In this document: piece after piece, positions 8,473 to 16,705 of the stretch
Position numbering within the stretch: the first letter of the stretch is position 1
How the letters are laid out: every line of letters begins with the position of its first letter
Source of the DNA: an uncultured virus (IMG/VR IMGVR_UViG_3300017917_002187)
Lineage: Duplodnaviria; Heunggongvirae; Uroviricota; Caudoviricetes
IMG/VR virus record: IMGVR_UViG_3300017917_002187
Reading direction: 5' to 3' (one strand)
Length of the DNA stretch: 20,000 nucleotides
Translations under genes and position numbers: made by a program
The notes under the pieces: model-generated
Seen by the model: only the letters and a program-made list of their open reading frames with translations
The model's database searches: none
What the model was told of the DNA's origin: nothing

Positions 8473-10296
8473 TTAAAAACCAAAATCAACACCCCCCATA
8501 TCAAAAATATGATTTTGTTCTTCTTTTGCTTTTACTTCAATACCATTAAGTATTATTTTTGATTTTTTTGCCTCAATGTGTTCCAACATTCTTTGACTAG
8601 CAAACCTTTTTAGTCTATTACTTAATACCATTAGTGCTGGTTTAAATTGTTGTGGTGGTTCAGCATTACAAAAAAATCTTTCTTGTACGTAATTACCACT
8701 TTTCTTTTCCACTTCACATGTGACTCTATCTAAACCATTAACATCTCTGAGTGAAATAATCATGGAGGTTGTTTTACTCGCATATGTCCCAACACAATGG
8801 TGCATGTACGCACCCTCCTCACTATACTCCTCTTCTCTTTTTAAAATAACTGGTTTGAATTCATAGGTATTTCCGTCATGTTCAATTTGTATCTTATCCT
8901 CCACATTCCTAATCATCCTATTATCATAAACATACTCCCAAACCCATCCTTTTTTTATTAACATTACTAGTTTGGAAAATTCGGCATGTTCTTCATTAAA
9001 ATTGGTAATATTGGTGGCCCTAAACTTTATATCGGGGTAGTACTCTTTTAATTTACCCAACATAGAAACATGATCCTTGAACAATGATTGAAATTTTAAT
9101 CGTCTATTTTCGTCCATTGTTTTTAAAACCTTAATGATATTCATTTTCTCATCATCACTTAATTCGTTAAAATCCCTAACTAATTTAATTCTTTCACTAG
9201 GTGGACAATGTTCATGAAATATTGGGTCATTATTTTTTCTACAAAAAAGATTAAGTTCTTTTTGGGTCAATAACGATATAAATTTATGATAATTTGAACC
9301 AAATAAATGACAAAATGATGCAAAATCGGGAATGGATAATAGTGGGTTTTCGTGTACTATTTTATTTACAATTTTTGATTTTACACCATAACTATCCAAA
9401 ATTGATAAAATCAATTTTCTATCGTTCTTTTTCAAAAAAACCTCTCCGGGATATTCTCTGACCAATAAATTAAAATAGTCGTTTGGTACTTTAATTTTTT
9501 TGTGTTTAACCAAAAAATCAACACTCAAGTCCATTATTTTTTGTTTAATTTCATCGGTCATGGTTGAATCGTCATTAGATGGAATTAGATTATTAATAGT
9601 TTCCTTACTAACACCTAGGTTTTCTAACAATGTTTCCATAAAAACACGATTGTTTAATTCGGATTTAAACACATCTTGACCCCCACGAAGATCCTTAAAT
9701 TTGAATAAATCGGTATTTAAAAAATTATGAAGTTGGGTGAAGCTGTTTTTTCTGTATCTAATATTTTTTTTGTTTGGAATAACGTTTGAACTACCGCACG
9801 TAATATCTCCGTTTTTAAAACTATAACTTAAACTATAAATTTTTGTTTTGGTTTTGAAATATTTTGAATTAAAGGTTCTTGTGCGTTCCCGGTGATAAAA
9901 TTTTAAGATTAATTTATCTTCAGTTTTTCTTATGACTCTTTCAATAATGTTAACAGATATTGTTGCAAAGGGATTCATATAGTGTCTTTTTATGTGTTTA
10001 TCCCTTGTTGTGAAAAAGATTCCATTATTTTTTTGGTAAGCACAAACCATTGTTAATCTAGATAATTCATCACTATAATAAAACCTTGTTTTTGTGTTTT
10101 TATTATTGGGACCTATTTTAAAATAACCACAAAGGGTGGTGAGACTCATATTAACAGGTGACAATTTATTTTTTACCTCAAAAACCATTTGATTTTCAAG
10201 AAAAGTTGGTTCCTCAACAATTGTCGGAACTAATGGACAATAGTTTTTATATAACGTAATATAAGCGAAATTTACTCTCTGTTTAAGTATTTCCAT
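8473..10296 (-). CDS. PcfJ-like domain protein
   Basis: C-terminal ILKREEEYSEEGAYMHHCVGTY...RVTCEV...QERFFCN matches the PcfJ EG..M.HCV..Y signature. Confidence 0.75.
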   Translation of the reverse strand: MEILKQRVNFAYITLYKNYCPLVPTIVEEPTFLENQMVFEVKNKLSPVNMSLTTLCGYFKIGPNNKNTKTRFYYSDELSRLTMVCAYQKNNGIFFTTRDKHIKRHYMNPFATISVNIIERVIRKTEDKLILKFYHRERTRTFNSKYFKTKTKIYSLSYSFKNGDITCGSSNVIPNKKNIRYRKNSFTQLHNFLNTDLFKFKDLRGGQDVFKSELNNRVFMETLLENLGVSKETINNLIPSNDDSTMTDEIKQKIMDLSVDFLVKHKKIKVPNDYFNLLVREYPGEVFLKKNDRKLILSILDSYGVKSKIVNKIVHENPLLSIPDFASFCHLFGSNYHKFISLLTQKELNLFCRKNNDPIFHEHCPPSERIKLVRDFNELSDDEKMNIIKVLKTMDENRRLKFQSLFKDHVSMLGKLKEYYPDIKFRATNITNFNEEHAEFSKLVMLIKKGWVWEYVYDNRMIRNVEDKIQIEHDGNTYEFKPVILKREEEYSEEGAYMHHCVGTYASKTTSMIISLRDVNGLDRVTCEVEKKSGNYVQERFFCNAEPPQQFKPALMVLSNRLKRFASQRMLEHIEAKKSKIILNGIEVKAKEEQNHIFDMGGVDFGF

Positions 10297-10300
10297 AAAA

Positions 10301-10320
10301 CAAATATACTAATATTTATA
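10301..10320. promoter_or_regulatory. divergent back-to-back promoters: TATATTTG (minus) and TATTTATA (plus)
   Basis: CAAATATA at 10301-10308, 4 nt from the ATG at 10296; TATTTATA at 10313-10320, 12 nt before the ATG at 10333. Confidence 0.65.
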
Positions 10321-10332
10321 ACAAAAAAAAAC

Positions 10333-10467
10333 ATGGCAAAAACATCAAAATCATCTTCTAACTCAAGAAAAGTTAGTTTTGGTAAAAGAAAATCGGGTAT
10401 GGCAAAAAAATCACATAACAAACACGACAATAGTGAAAAAAACTATAGGGGTCAAGGTAGGGGTTAA
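10333..10467 (+). CDS. small basic protein ending in YRGQGRG (44 aa; not in ORF track)
   Basis: MAKTSKSSSNSRKVSFGKRKSGMAKKSHNKHDNSEKNYRGQGRG*; A-rich start context and TATTTATA upstream; fills an otherwise empty ~220-bp gap. Confidence 0.8.
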   Translation: MAKTSKSSSNSRKVSFGKRKSGMAKKSHNKHDNSEKNYRGQGRG

Positions 10468-10490
10468 GTGAAATTTATTATAGTTTTTTT

Positions 10491-10516
10491 ACCAACATGA
10501 TTGTTGGGTTAATTTT
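10491..10516. terminator. weak hairpin between convergent genes
   Basis: CCAACA-TGAT-TGTTGG between the stops at 10467 and 10516. Confidence 0.4.
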
Positions 10517-10965
10517 TATTGCCCTTTTTCTAAAACCCTTTCCTCCTCACTCAATAACCCCTTTCCAAATTTTTTAACACGATCAAAGTATCTTTTTTTA
10601 ACACGTTCCGATATGGTTAGTGGGTTACCCTCGTCATCAATTCTAACGAACTTAATGTTGGTATGGGTAACAACTTCTTGTTTACCATTATAAACATTGT
10701 GTTTACGCATCTCAATATACATAGTTAAAGATGTGTTACCAAATTCTTTAACATTCCCGTAAATTTTAAGAATATTACCGACTTTAACTGGTTTTTTAAA
10801 AGTTAGTTCATCAATCTTTATGGTAACAACTCTCGGAGTATCACATATTTGTGATGCATAAGCTGCGGATGACTCATCAATGATTGACATAATATTACCT
10901 CCAAACATATTGGAGTGTACGCCGATTTCACTGGCTTTACATATGTGTGTGGATATCAATTCCAT
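10516..10965 (-). CDS. hotdog-fold acyl-CoA thioesterase (YciA-like)
   Basis: NMFGGNIMSIIDE, VVTIKIDELTFKKPVKVG, GNTSL, FVRIDDEGNP. Confidence 0.88.
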   Translation of the reverse strand: MELISTHICKASEIGVHSNMFGGNIMSIIDESSAAYASQICDTPRVVTIKIDELTFKKPVKVGNILKIYGNVKEFGNTSLTMYIEMRKHNVYNGKQEVVTHTNIKFVRIDDEGNPLTISERVKKRYFDRVKKFGKGLLSEEERVLEKGQ

Positions 10966-10978
10966 ATTACTTTTTCAA

Positions 10979-10986
10979 CAAAAATA
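10979..10986 (-). promoter_or_regulatory. Bacteroidota -7 element TATTTTTG
   Basis: Matches TAnnTTTG, 13 nt upstream of the ATG at 10965. Confidence 0.55.
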
Positions 10987-11010
10987 GGTAATTCTATGGA
11001 ATAAAAAAAA

Positions 11011-11448
11011 TTATTTTAAAGCATCTATGAGTGCCATTTTTATGGCAGAGGATAGGGTTGTCTGTTGGAAGGGTACTCCGTTGTCTAATTCTAACAACAT
11101 AGACCTGGCTTGTGTTTTGTACCTACCCTGACCTGAATATAGTTGTGTACCTATTGATACGGTTACACGAACTTCGGTTATTTTATTACTAATGGCGAAC
11201 CCACCAATACGAAATGTGTTTTCTGGAACTCCAATGTATGAAACATTAATCGAAACCGATTCACCACTACAAAGATTATAACCCTTGTCTTGTAATATTT
11301 CTTCAGTTATCGTCTTTATCCCAAACAAAACGTTTCTGTTTTCTAGTTGTTTTATTTCTGATGTTGAGTAAACACTATCTATTTGGACACATTGACCAAA
11401 CCCGATTAGTGGTAATAATAAAATAAAAAATAATGTTTTAATTTTCAT
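11011..11448 (-). CDS. secreted protein, short paralog of the CsgG-like lipoprotein
   Basis: Sec signal peptide (..IGFG/Q); NRNVLFGIKTITEEIL and SGQG...FQQTTLSSAIKMAL align with EKNVGLGVTNIALDYL and SGLG...FAQSTVGISTRKAL of 13752..14441. Confidence 0.65.
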   Translation of the reverse strand: MKIKTLFFILLLPLIGFGQCVQIDSVYSTSEIKQLENRNVLFGIKTITEEILQDKGYNLCSGESVSINVSYIGVPENTFRIGGFAISNKITEVRVTVSIGTQLYSGQGRYKTQARSMLLELDNGVPFQQTTLSSAIKMALIDALK

Positions 11449-12397
11449 GTCCTGTTCTTATTAAATAAAAGTTAGTTATTCCCGCATTAGCGGGTGATGT
11501 ATTCATAAAAGAATTAGTTCCTGGGTGTGTTACTCGTAAGTCAACACTAGTACTTCTAATAGAAGTATATTGTGTTTGGGTAAGTAAACGATATGTTGGC
11601 ACTACCCACTCTTTCCCGTTAGTTTTTTGTAATTGTAAATATATATCTGACACTGTGAATGTGCCATTATTGTTAATATCGTACCTATAAAAATCCATAC
11701 CTGTCACATTTCTTCCCCCCAACACTAGATTTGCATTATCAAGTGCTGTTGTTGGTGGGGGTATTGACAAACTATCAACAATAATTCTCCATTCTATAGA
11801 AGGATTAGTAGGTCGTAAAAATGAATAATCACCAACAAAGTTTGTTAATGTCGTTGTCTCTAAAACCCATGGACCCGTGGTTACAACATACTCAAATTCA
11901 ATTACATATGGTAAAGATGTGTTTGGTAAGTCATTCCATTTACCACCACTCACAAACTGAGCATAGTCTTCATTACCTGCGTTGTTTGGTTCACCACCAT
12001 TCCAATTGGTATAAGTTACTGGTTCATTTGTTACCCATCTCCATTGTCCCTCTACAGCCTCATCATTAAATCCAATCCAACCTGAAGGCCACGTTTGAAA
12101 TACAAAATTATTTTCAGCGGCACTATTCATTGTTACTAAATGACCACCCATGTTCTCACAAGCAACCTTTGCCGATGTCCATGTCATGCTGGTTGTTGAT
12201 CTGTAGTATGAGTGTCCGTTATAATTTGTTTGTGATGTGAATCCGGTTATGTTGGGTGTTACTCGTTTCCATAATTGTATCCTAACACCACCAACCCCAA
12301 CGTTGTTTGCACCGAACACTCGACCACTATGTGTAAAGTTTTGAGCGTTTGATGTGGTGTATATGATTATAAATAACGTATATAATATTAGTCTCAT
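11438..12397 (-). CDS. secreted C-type lectin protein with dockerin-like module
   Basis: Signal peptide (..SNA/Q); CTLD motifs GHSYY, TWTSAKVACENMGGHLV, WIGFND, NWNGGEPNN, WND; dockerin-like loop DINNNGTFTVSD. Confidence 0.88.
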   Translation of the reverse strand: MRLILYTLFIIIYTTSNAQNFTHSGRVFGANNVGVGGVRIQLWKRVTPNITGFTSQTNYNGHSYYRSTTSMTWTSAKVACENMGGHLVTMNSAAENNFVFQTWPSGWIGFNDEAVEGQWRWVTNEPVTYTNWNGGEPNNAGNEDYAQFVSGGKWNDLPNTSLPYVIEFEYVVTTGPWVLETTTLTNFVGDYSFLRPTNPSIEWRIIVDSLSIPPPTTALDNANLVLGGRNVTGMDFYRYDINNNGTFTVSDIYLQLQKTNGKEWVVPTYRLLTQTQYTSIRSTSVDLRVTHPGTNSFMNTSPANAGITNFYLIRTGHEN

Positions 12398-13689
12398 AGT
12401 GTTAATTTACCCCCAATAAGTATTTGATAGTTTAAAACATTTTCGGTAACTGAATATGTTGTGCCACCAGTTAAACCAATCCTAAAGGTTTTAGTCACCG
12501 CATAATTAACATTTAAAAATGGAATTGCAATGGGTTTAGATGTAAAAACCTCTTCTGTATAAAATTTCATGTATGGAACATATATTGTAGCCAATATTGC
12601 CACCGCATCAATCTTTTTTGTTATTTTACCTCTATACATACCACCAAATATGGTTACCGCTGCGGTTATTGGTTCTTTATACATTTGACCATACACACCT
12701 GCAGCACCATACAACCAAGTAAATTTTTTTAAATTATCTATACGAATATAAACCAATGTATTTGTAAATGTATTTGGTAATAAAGACACACTATTTGATA
12801 CAAGATCAATGTGTTTTCTTTGTGTCTTATTAGTTATCCACGATTTGAATATTGAAATATTACCGACTTGTGCCTTAACTGTTAAATCTGCGGAAACCCC
12901 CCAAGATGTTTTACCGTCACCTTTCATTCTAATGTAACTAGTGGTTATTCTACTATCTTGGGACCCATCAGATGCTCTTTGAACCCCCACAATGTCACCA
13001 GTAAGTAAAATGGCAGGTTTTTGTCTTTGAGTTGCGGATGCTTGACTTGTGGATCTGTTAGTGTTTGTTCCAGTACCATTCGTTGATTCTTCTTCCTTTA
13101 CTTCTTCACCATCCTTATTAGTTTTTGGTTTATCATTATCAGTAGTGTTGGTAGAAGACGAACCATTGTTACCCCCACTATTAGAGTTATTATTGTCACC
13201 ATTATTGTTATTTTCTTCGTTTTTATCTTCCTCTTTGTTTTTATCATCACCTTTTGGTTTATCATTTGTGGAATTGGCAACAGACGATAAACCAACACTT
13301 GCAGACCCACCAAAATTACTCACAGTATTTATAAGTGTGTTCAATGATAAAACATTTGTTACAATTACATTTGAAATATTAATAACGTTATCTGTTATTA
13401 CATTAAAACCAATTGAACCGCACGGGTTACCCTTACCATAAATATTATAGGTATTATTTGCCCACTTGTCAAACTCACCATTTTGTAATTGTTGTGGTGT
13501 GAAGGTTTGTGATACCCCATAGTATGTCATAACAATAGGAAAATTCCCGTTTTGAGATGGTACCTCAATCCTTTTTAATTCTTTGGTACACGGATCCACA
13601 TATGTATAAGAAAAGGATTGGGCATTTAAACCCAATCCTATCCCTAATAAACATAATGTGAACAATATTTTATACTTTAAAGTATCCAT
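12394..13689 (-). CDS. secreted protein with low-complexity linker and putative C-terminal outer-membrane beta-barrel
   Basis: Signal peptide (..LNA/Q); N-terminal domain with two Cys; N/D/K/E/T-rich linker; about 200 aa of amphipathic beta-strand-like sequence ending YQILIGGKLTL. Confidence 0.6.
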   Translation of the reverse strand: MDTLKYKILFTLCLLGIGLGLNAQSFSYTYVDPCTKELKRIEVPSQNGNFPIVMTYYGVSQTFTPQQLQNGEFDKWANNTYNIYGKGNPCGSIGFNVITDNVINISNVIVTNVLSLNTLINTVSNFGGSASVGLSSVANSTNDKPKGDDKNKEEDKNEENNNNGDNNNSNSGGNNGSSSTNTTDNDKPKTNKDGEEVKEEESTNGTGTNTNRSTSQASATQRQKPAILLTGDIVGVQRASDGSQDSRITTSYIRMKGDGKTSWGVSADLTVKAQVGNISIFKSWITNKTQRKHIDLVSNSVSLLPNTFTNTLVYIRIDNLKKFTWLYGAAGVYGQMYKEPITAAVTIFGGMYRGKITKKIDAVAILATIYVPYMKFYTEEVFTSKPIAIPFLNVNYAVTKTFRIGLTGGTTYSVTENVLNYQILIGGKLTL

Positions 13690-13751
13690 TTTTTAGTTTG
13701 GTAATAAACATTATGTGATAATGTTTGAGAAAACTTATTATTTCTCTTATA

Positions 13752-14441
13752 TTACTTTTCGAAAATACCATCTTTAATCATCCTTGTCACTACACGAGAA
13801 CAACCAGTTTCCAAAGCCTTTCTCGTTGAGATACCAACAGTTGATTGTGCAAATTTCATTTCAATTGATTTTAGAAACGATTGTCCATATTGGGTAGCTT
13901 CACCTAAACCAGAACCTACTCTAACTTGTCCTGACTCAGCGTCTACAAATCTTACTTGTAAACCTAATCTTGTAGTTACCTCCAATTGTTTTTTACCTGC
14001 AACAAACGTTTCTTGTTCGTCAACTGAAAAATCATATACTTCAATGTAAACAAAAAACTTCGCCAATTTAATTTTACCTTTACCATCTAATTTGTTTTCA
14101 GTAAAACCTTTTGCACTTGCTTGGAATTGTTTAACCATTTTAAGTTTGATCTCTTCTTTATCTTCAGTAAACTCAAATCTGTTTGTTCCTTCTAAGTAAT
14201 CTAATGCAATATTTGTAACACCTAAACCGACATTCTTTTCTTTAAGTACAGGGTACATGTTTAAAACATTCTCACTAATACCAATAGACAATATTTGAAT
14301 AGGTATTTGTTTACCATCGTAATCACTTACATTGGTAATAGATTGTTTCTTTTCAAAATCGGCTTGGTATGTTTCGGTTCTAGTTGTTCCACAACCAACC
14401 ATTAAGGTTGTTGCTAATACTAAAAATAAATTTCTTACCAT
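13752..14441 (-). CDS. CsgG/HfaB-family outer-membrane lipoprotein
   Basis: Lipobox LMVG/C; GLGVTNIALDYLEGTNRFEFTE, LAKFFVYIEVYDF, LQVRFVDAESGQV pattern typical of CsgG-like proteins. Confidence 0.75.
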   Translation of the reverse strand: MVRNLFLVLATTLMVGCGTTRTETYQADFEKKQSITNVSDYDGKQIPIQILSIGISENVLNMYPVLKEKNVGLGVTNIALDYLEGTNRFEFTEDKEEIKLKMVKQFQASAKGFTENKLDGKGKIKLAKFFVYIEVYDFSVDEQETFVAGKKQLEVTTRLGLQVRFVDAESGQVRVGSGLGEATQYGQSFLKSIEMKFAQSTVGISTRKALETGCSRVVTRMIKDGIFEK

Positions 14442-14770
14442 GGTGCTTCTTCTTCTTTTTTCTTTTCTTCTTTTTTAGGTTCTTCTTTTGCAGGTTTCTC
14501 AATAACTCTTTCTTTAATAATTGTGGTTGGTGCTTGTTTTTGGGTATTTTCCTGTTGCTGTTGAACATTGATTGTTATTGGTGCGGCTGCAGGTGCAGCC
14601 ACTGGTGCAACTTGTTCTGTTTTGGTTTCGTTGGAATCTGATTGACCATTAAATATAATAGTACCAAGATACGCACCTCCACCAGTAATTAGAGTTGTTA
14701 AAGTTGCGATAATGGTCTTTTTTAAACCCGACCAAGTTCCATCATTTGTTTCTTGTGTTTCTTCTGACAT
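14435..14770 (-). CDS. small single-pass membrane protein with A/P/Q/K/E-rich tail
   Basis: Hydrophobic IIATLTTLITGGGAYLGTIIF; overlaps the start of the CsgG-like gene. Confidence 0.7.
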   Translation of the reverse strand: MSEETQETNDGTWSGLKKTIIATLTTLITGGGAYLGTIIFNGQSDSNETKTEQVAPVAAPAAAPITINVQQQQENTQKQAPTTIIKERVIEKPAKEEPKKEEKKKEEEAPW

Positions 14771-14800
14771 GATTTTTCCTTTTTTTGTTTTTATTGTTTA

Positions 14801-16687
14801 TTATAATGTTACACCCGATAACACTTTCTTACTTGAGATTACTTTACCATCACATTCCATGATTGCAAAATATGTACTACCAGCCAAACCTTTTAAGTCT
14901 GCGGTGTATCTATATTGACCTTGTGGCATTCTAGTATCGATAACATTAACTACTTTGTTTCCAAACATGTCTATAAAGTATACTGTGGTATTTGAGTTTG
15001 ATGGAACATTAAATTGTACCGCAACCATACCGGTTGTTGGGTTAGGGTAGATTAAAATGTCCGCAATATCTCCACCAACATTAACTGTTGGGTATTGTAC
15101 ACGTTGTACTTCAACTCTACCATCTGTAGGTCTGATTTTTAAATCACTTGCAATTGTGTTACCAACAAATTTACGAGTCACATATATTGGACTATTTGAC
15201 CAATCTTGTTTAGGTTTCAACGCCACAAATTGTAAAACAATTACTTCTTCACCATCATTTATATTGTTTTTATTAGACATGTCAACACCACCCCATTCAA
15301 CTACACCATCGTTAGGATTAACAAATGATAACCATTGACCAACTTTTTCTTTTGTTGTTACATTTTTAAATTCTAATAATGTTTTATCATATTTTAATGC
15401 CAATTGAAAAGATCCTAATGATTGGTCACCAATCAATGCCTTAACAGGAATATTAACTAAGTTACCTTCTTCAACACTTAATGTTGGTAAATTAATTTCA
15501 ATTTCTTGTAAGTTAGCGTAGTATTCGGTAGTTTGATCTATAATGAAATTAGGGGTATTGTTTGGATTAATGATTTTAATCGGTACCAATTTAGCCATAT
15601 GGAATCCAGTTTGGTTAGCATCCCCAGTTGCTAAAACGTATACCGTGATAGAATCAACACCCGGAAGAATATTATAAGTGTAATTTACAACACCAGGTAT
15701 AGTTAAACTATAATTTGTAGAAGGATTGTTCTTTATTGTGTCATATTCACTTACACTAAAGAATCTAACATCAGGAACAGAGTAAGATGTAAATCTACCA
15801 GATATTCTATTAAATATTGAATAAACATCGGATACTGTTACGTCACCTGAACCATTAACATCAGATGCGTGGTAATCAAAACCTGATAGTTCTTCAACAC
15901 CAGTAACAAATCTATTTACTTTTTGAGCGTCTGCGGTTGTAACAACATTACCTAATGATAATGTATCACCCCTAACTTCTACTTTAGTATTATACCACGT
16001 TGTATCTATGTCGGCTCTGAAACTAAATTTACCATTAATGTCTGTTGTGGCAACGGTTACTAAACTCCAATTACTTGATGATTTTGGTTTCTTATATAAA
16101 CCAACCAAAAGATTTTTAGTAAATGAATTAGTTACGTTAACAAATGTACCGCGAAAAGATAGATTTGGTCTTAAGAATTTACCACCACCATTAAATTTGG
16201 TTAGTGGTGTGTCTTTACCTCCCGATGTTGATGCAATTGTTGGGAATGTGTTATCAAAAACCAAGTTACTGATTCCAGTTAAGTTTTGAAACACACTATC
16301 GGGTCTGTGTTTAAAATTAATATTAAACAATTCCCCTGATGTGTATGTGAAATTGGTGTCACTACCTGTATGTACAACAGTAATTAAAATTCTACCATTA
16401 ATTATACGTGATTGTATATATTGTGTAGGGTCAGCTATTGATAACGACACTGTTGGGTTAACAAACGCAGATGTGTCGTAATTAATACCGAATTGTAATC
16501 CGGTTATTTTTGTGTTTGTTGTGTTATTATAACAAATTTTGACATTTGTTTCTTTTAAGTTTGATGTCCCAACACTATACGTGGAGTCAATAATTATTGA
16601 GTTTCCGTTAGGTGTCGGACAAGTCTGCGCTTGGCTTTGGTTAAAAAAGGGCGCAATTAATAATAAAGAAAAAAGAATATTTTTCAT
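14801..16687 (-). CDS. T9SS type A CTD protein with cohesin-like, dockerin-like and second cohesin-like modules (scaffoldin-like)
   Basis: Signal peptide (..SQA/Q); cohesin-like ITGLQFGINYD...GELFNINF and VNIPV...LGSFQLALKYDKTLLEFKNV; dockerin-like VTTADA...DVNGSGDVTVSD; C-terminal IYPNPTTG...IDMFGNKV...GSTYF...KKV T9SS signal. Confidence 0.85.
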   Translation of the reverse strand: MKNILFSLLLIAPFFNQSQAQTCPTPNGNSIIIDSTYSVGTSNLKETNVKICYNNTTNTKITGLQFGINYDTSAFVNPTVSLSIADPTQYIQSRIINGRILITVVHTGSDTNFTYTSGELFNINFKHRPDSVFQNLTGISNLVFDNTFPTIASTSGGKDTPLTKFNGGGKFLRPNLSFRGTFVNVTNSFTKNLLVGLYKKPKSSSNWSLVTVATTDINGKFSFRADIDTTWYNTKVEVRGDTLSLGNVVTTADAQKVNRFVTGVEELSGFDYHASDVNGSGDVTVSDVYSIFNRISGRFTSYSVPDVRFFSVSEYDTIKNNPSTNYSLTIPGVVNYTYNILPGVDSITVYVLATGDANQTGFHMAKLVPIKIINPNNTPNFIIDQTTEYYANLQEIEINLPTLSVEEGNLVNIPVKALIGDQSLGSFQLALKYDKTLLEFKNVTTKEKVGQWLSFVNPNDGVVEWGGVDMSNKNNINDGEEVIVLQFVALKPKQDWSNSPIYVTRKFVGNTIASDLKIRPTDGRVEVQRVQYPTVNVGGDIADILIYPNPTTGMVAVQFNVPSNSNTTVYFIDMFGNKVVNVIDTRMPQGQYRYTADLKGLAGSTYFAIMECDGKVISSKKVLSGVTL

Positions 16688-16705
16688 GATAGTAGTTTGT
16701 GTTAT

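Noticed and set aside
11438..12397. Lectin as a diversity-generating retroelement target
   Set aside because: No template/variable repeat pair or reverse transcriptase in the window, and the domain is a canonical internal EPN/WND CTLD rather than a C-terminal DGR-type CLec.
13030..13290. Repetitive N/D/K/E-coding DNA as a tandem repeat or array
   Set aside because: No fixed-period repeat unit; it is a low-complexity protein linker.
13752..14770. A complete curli (csg) system
   Set aside because: No CsgA/CsgB curlin repeats or recognisable CsgE/CsgF; only a CsgG-like fold is supported, so no csg gene symbol was assigned.
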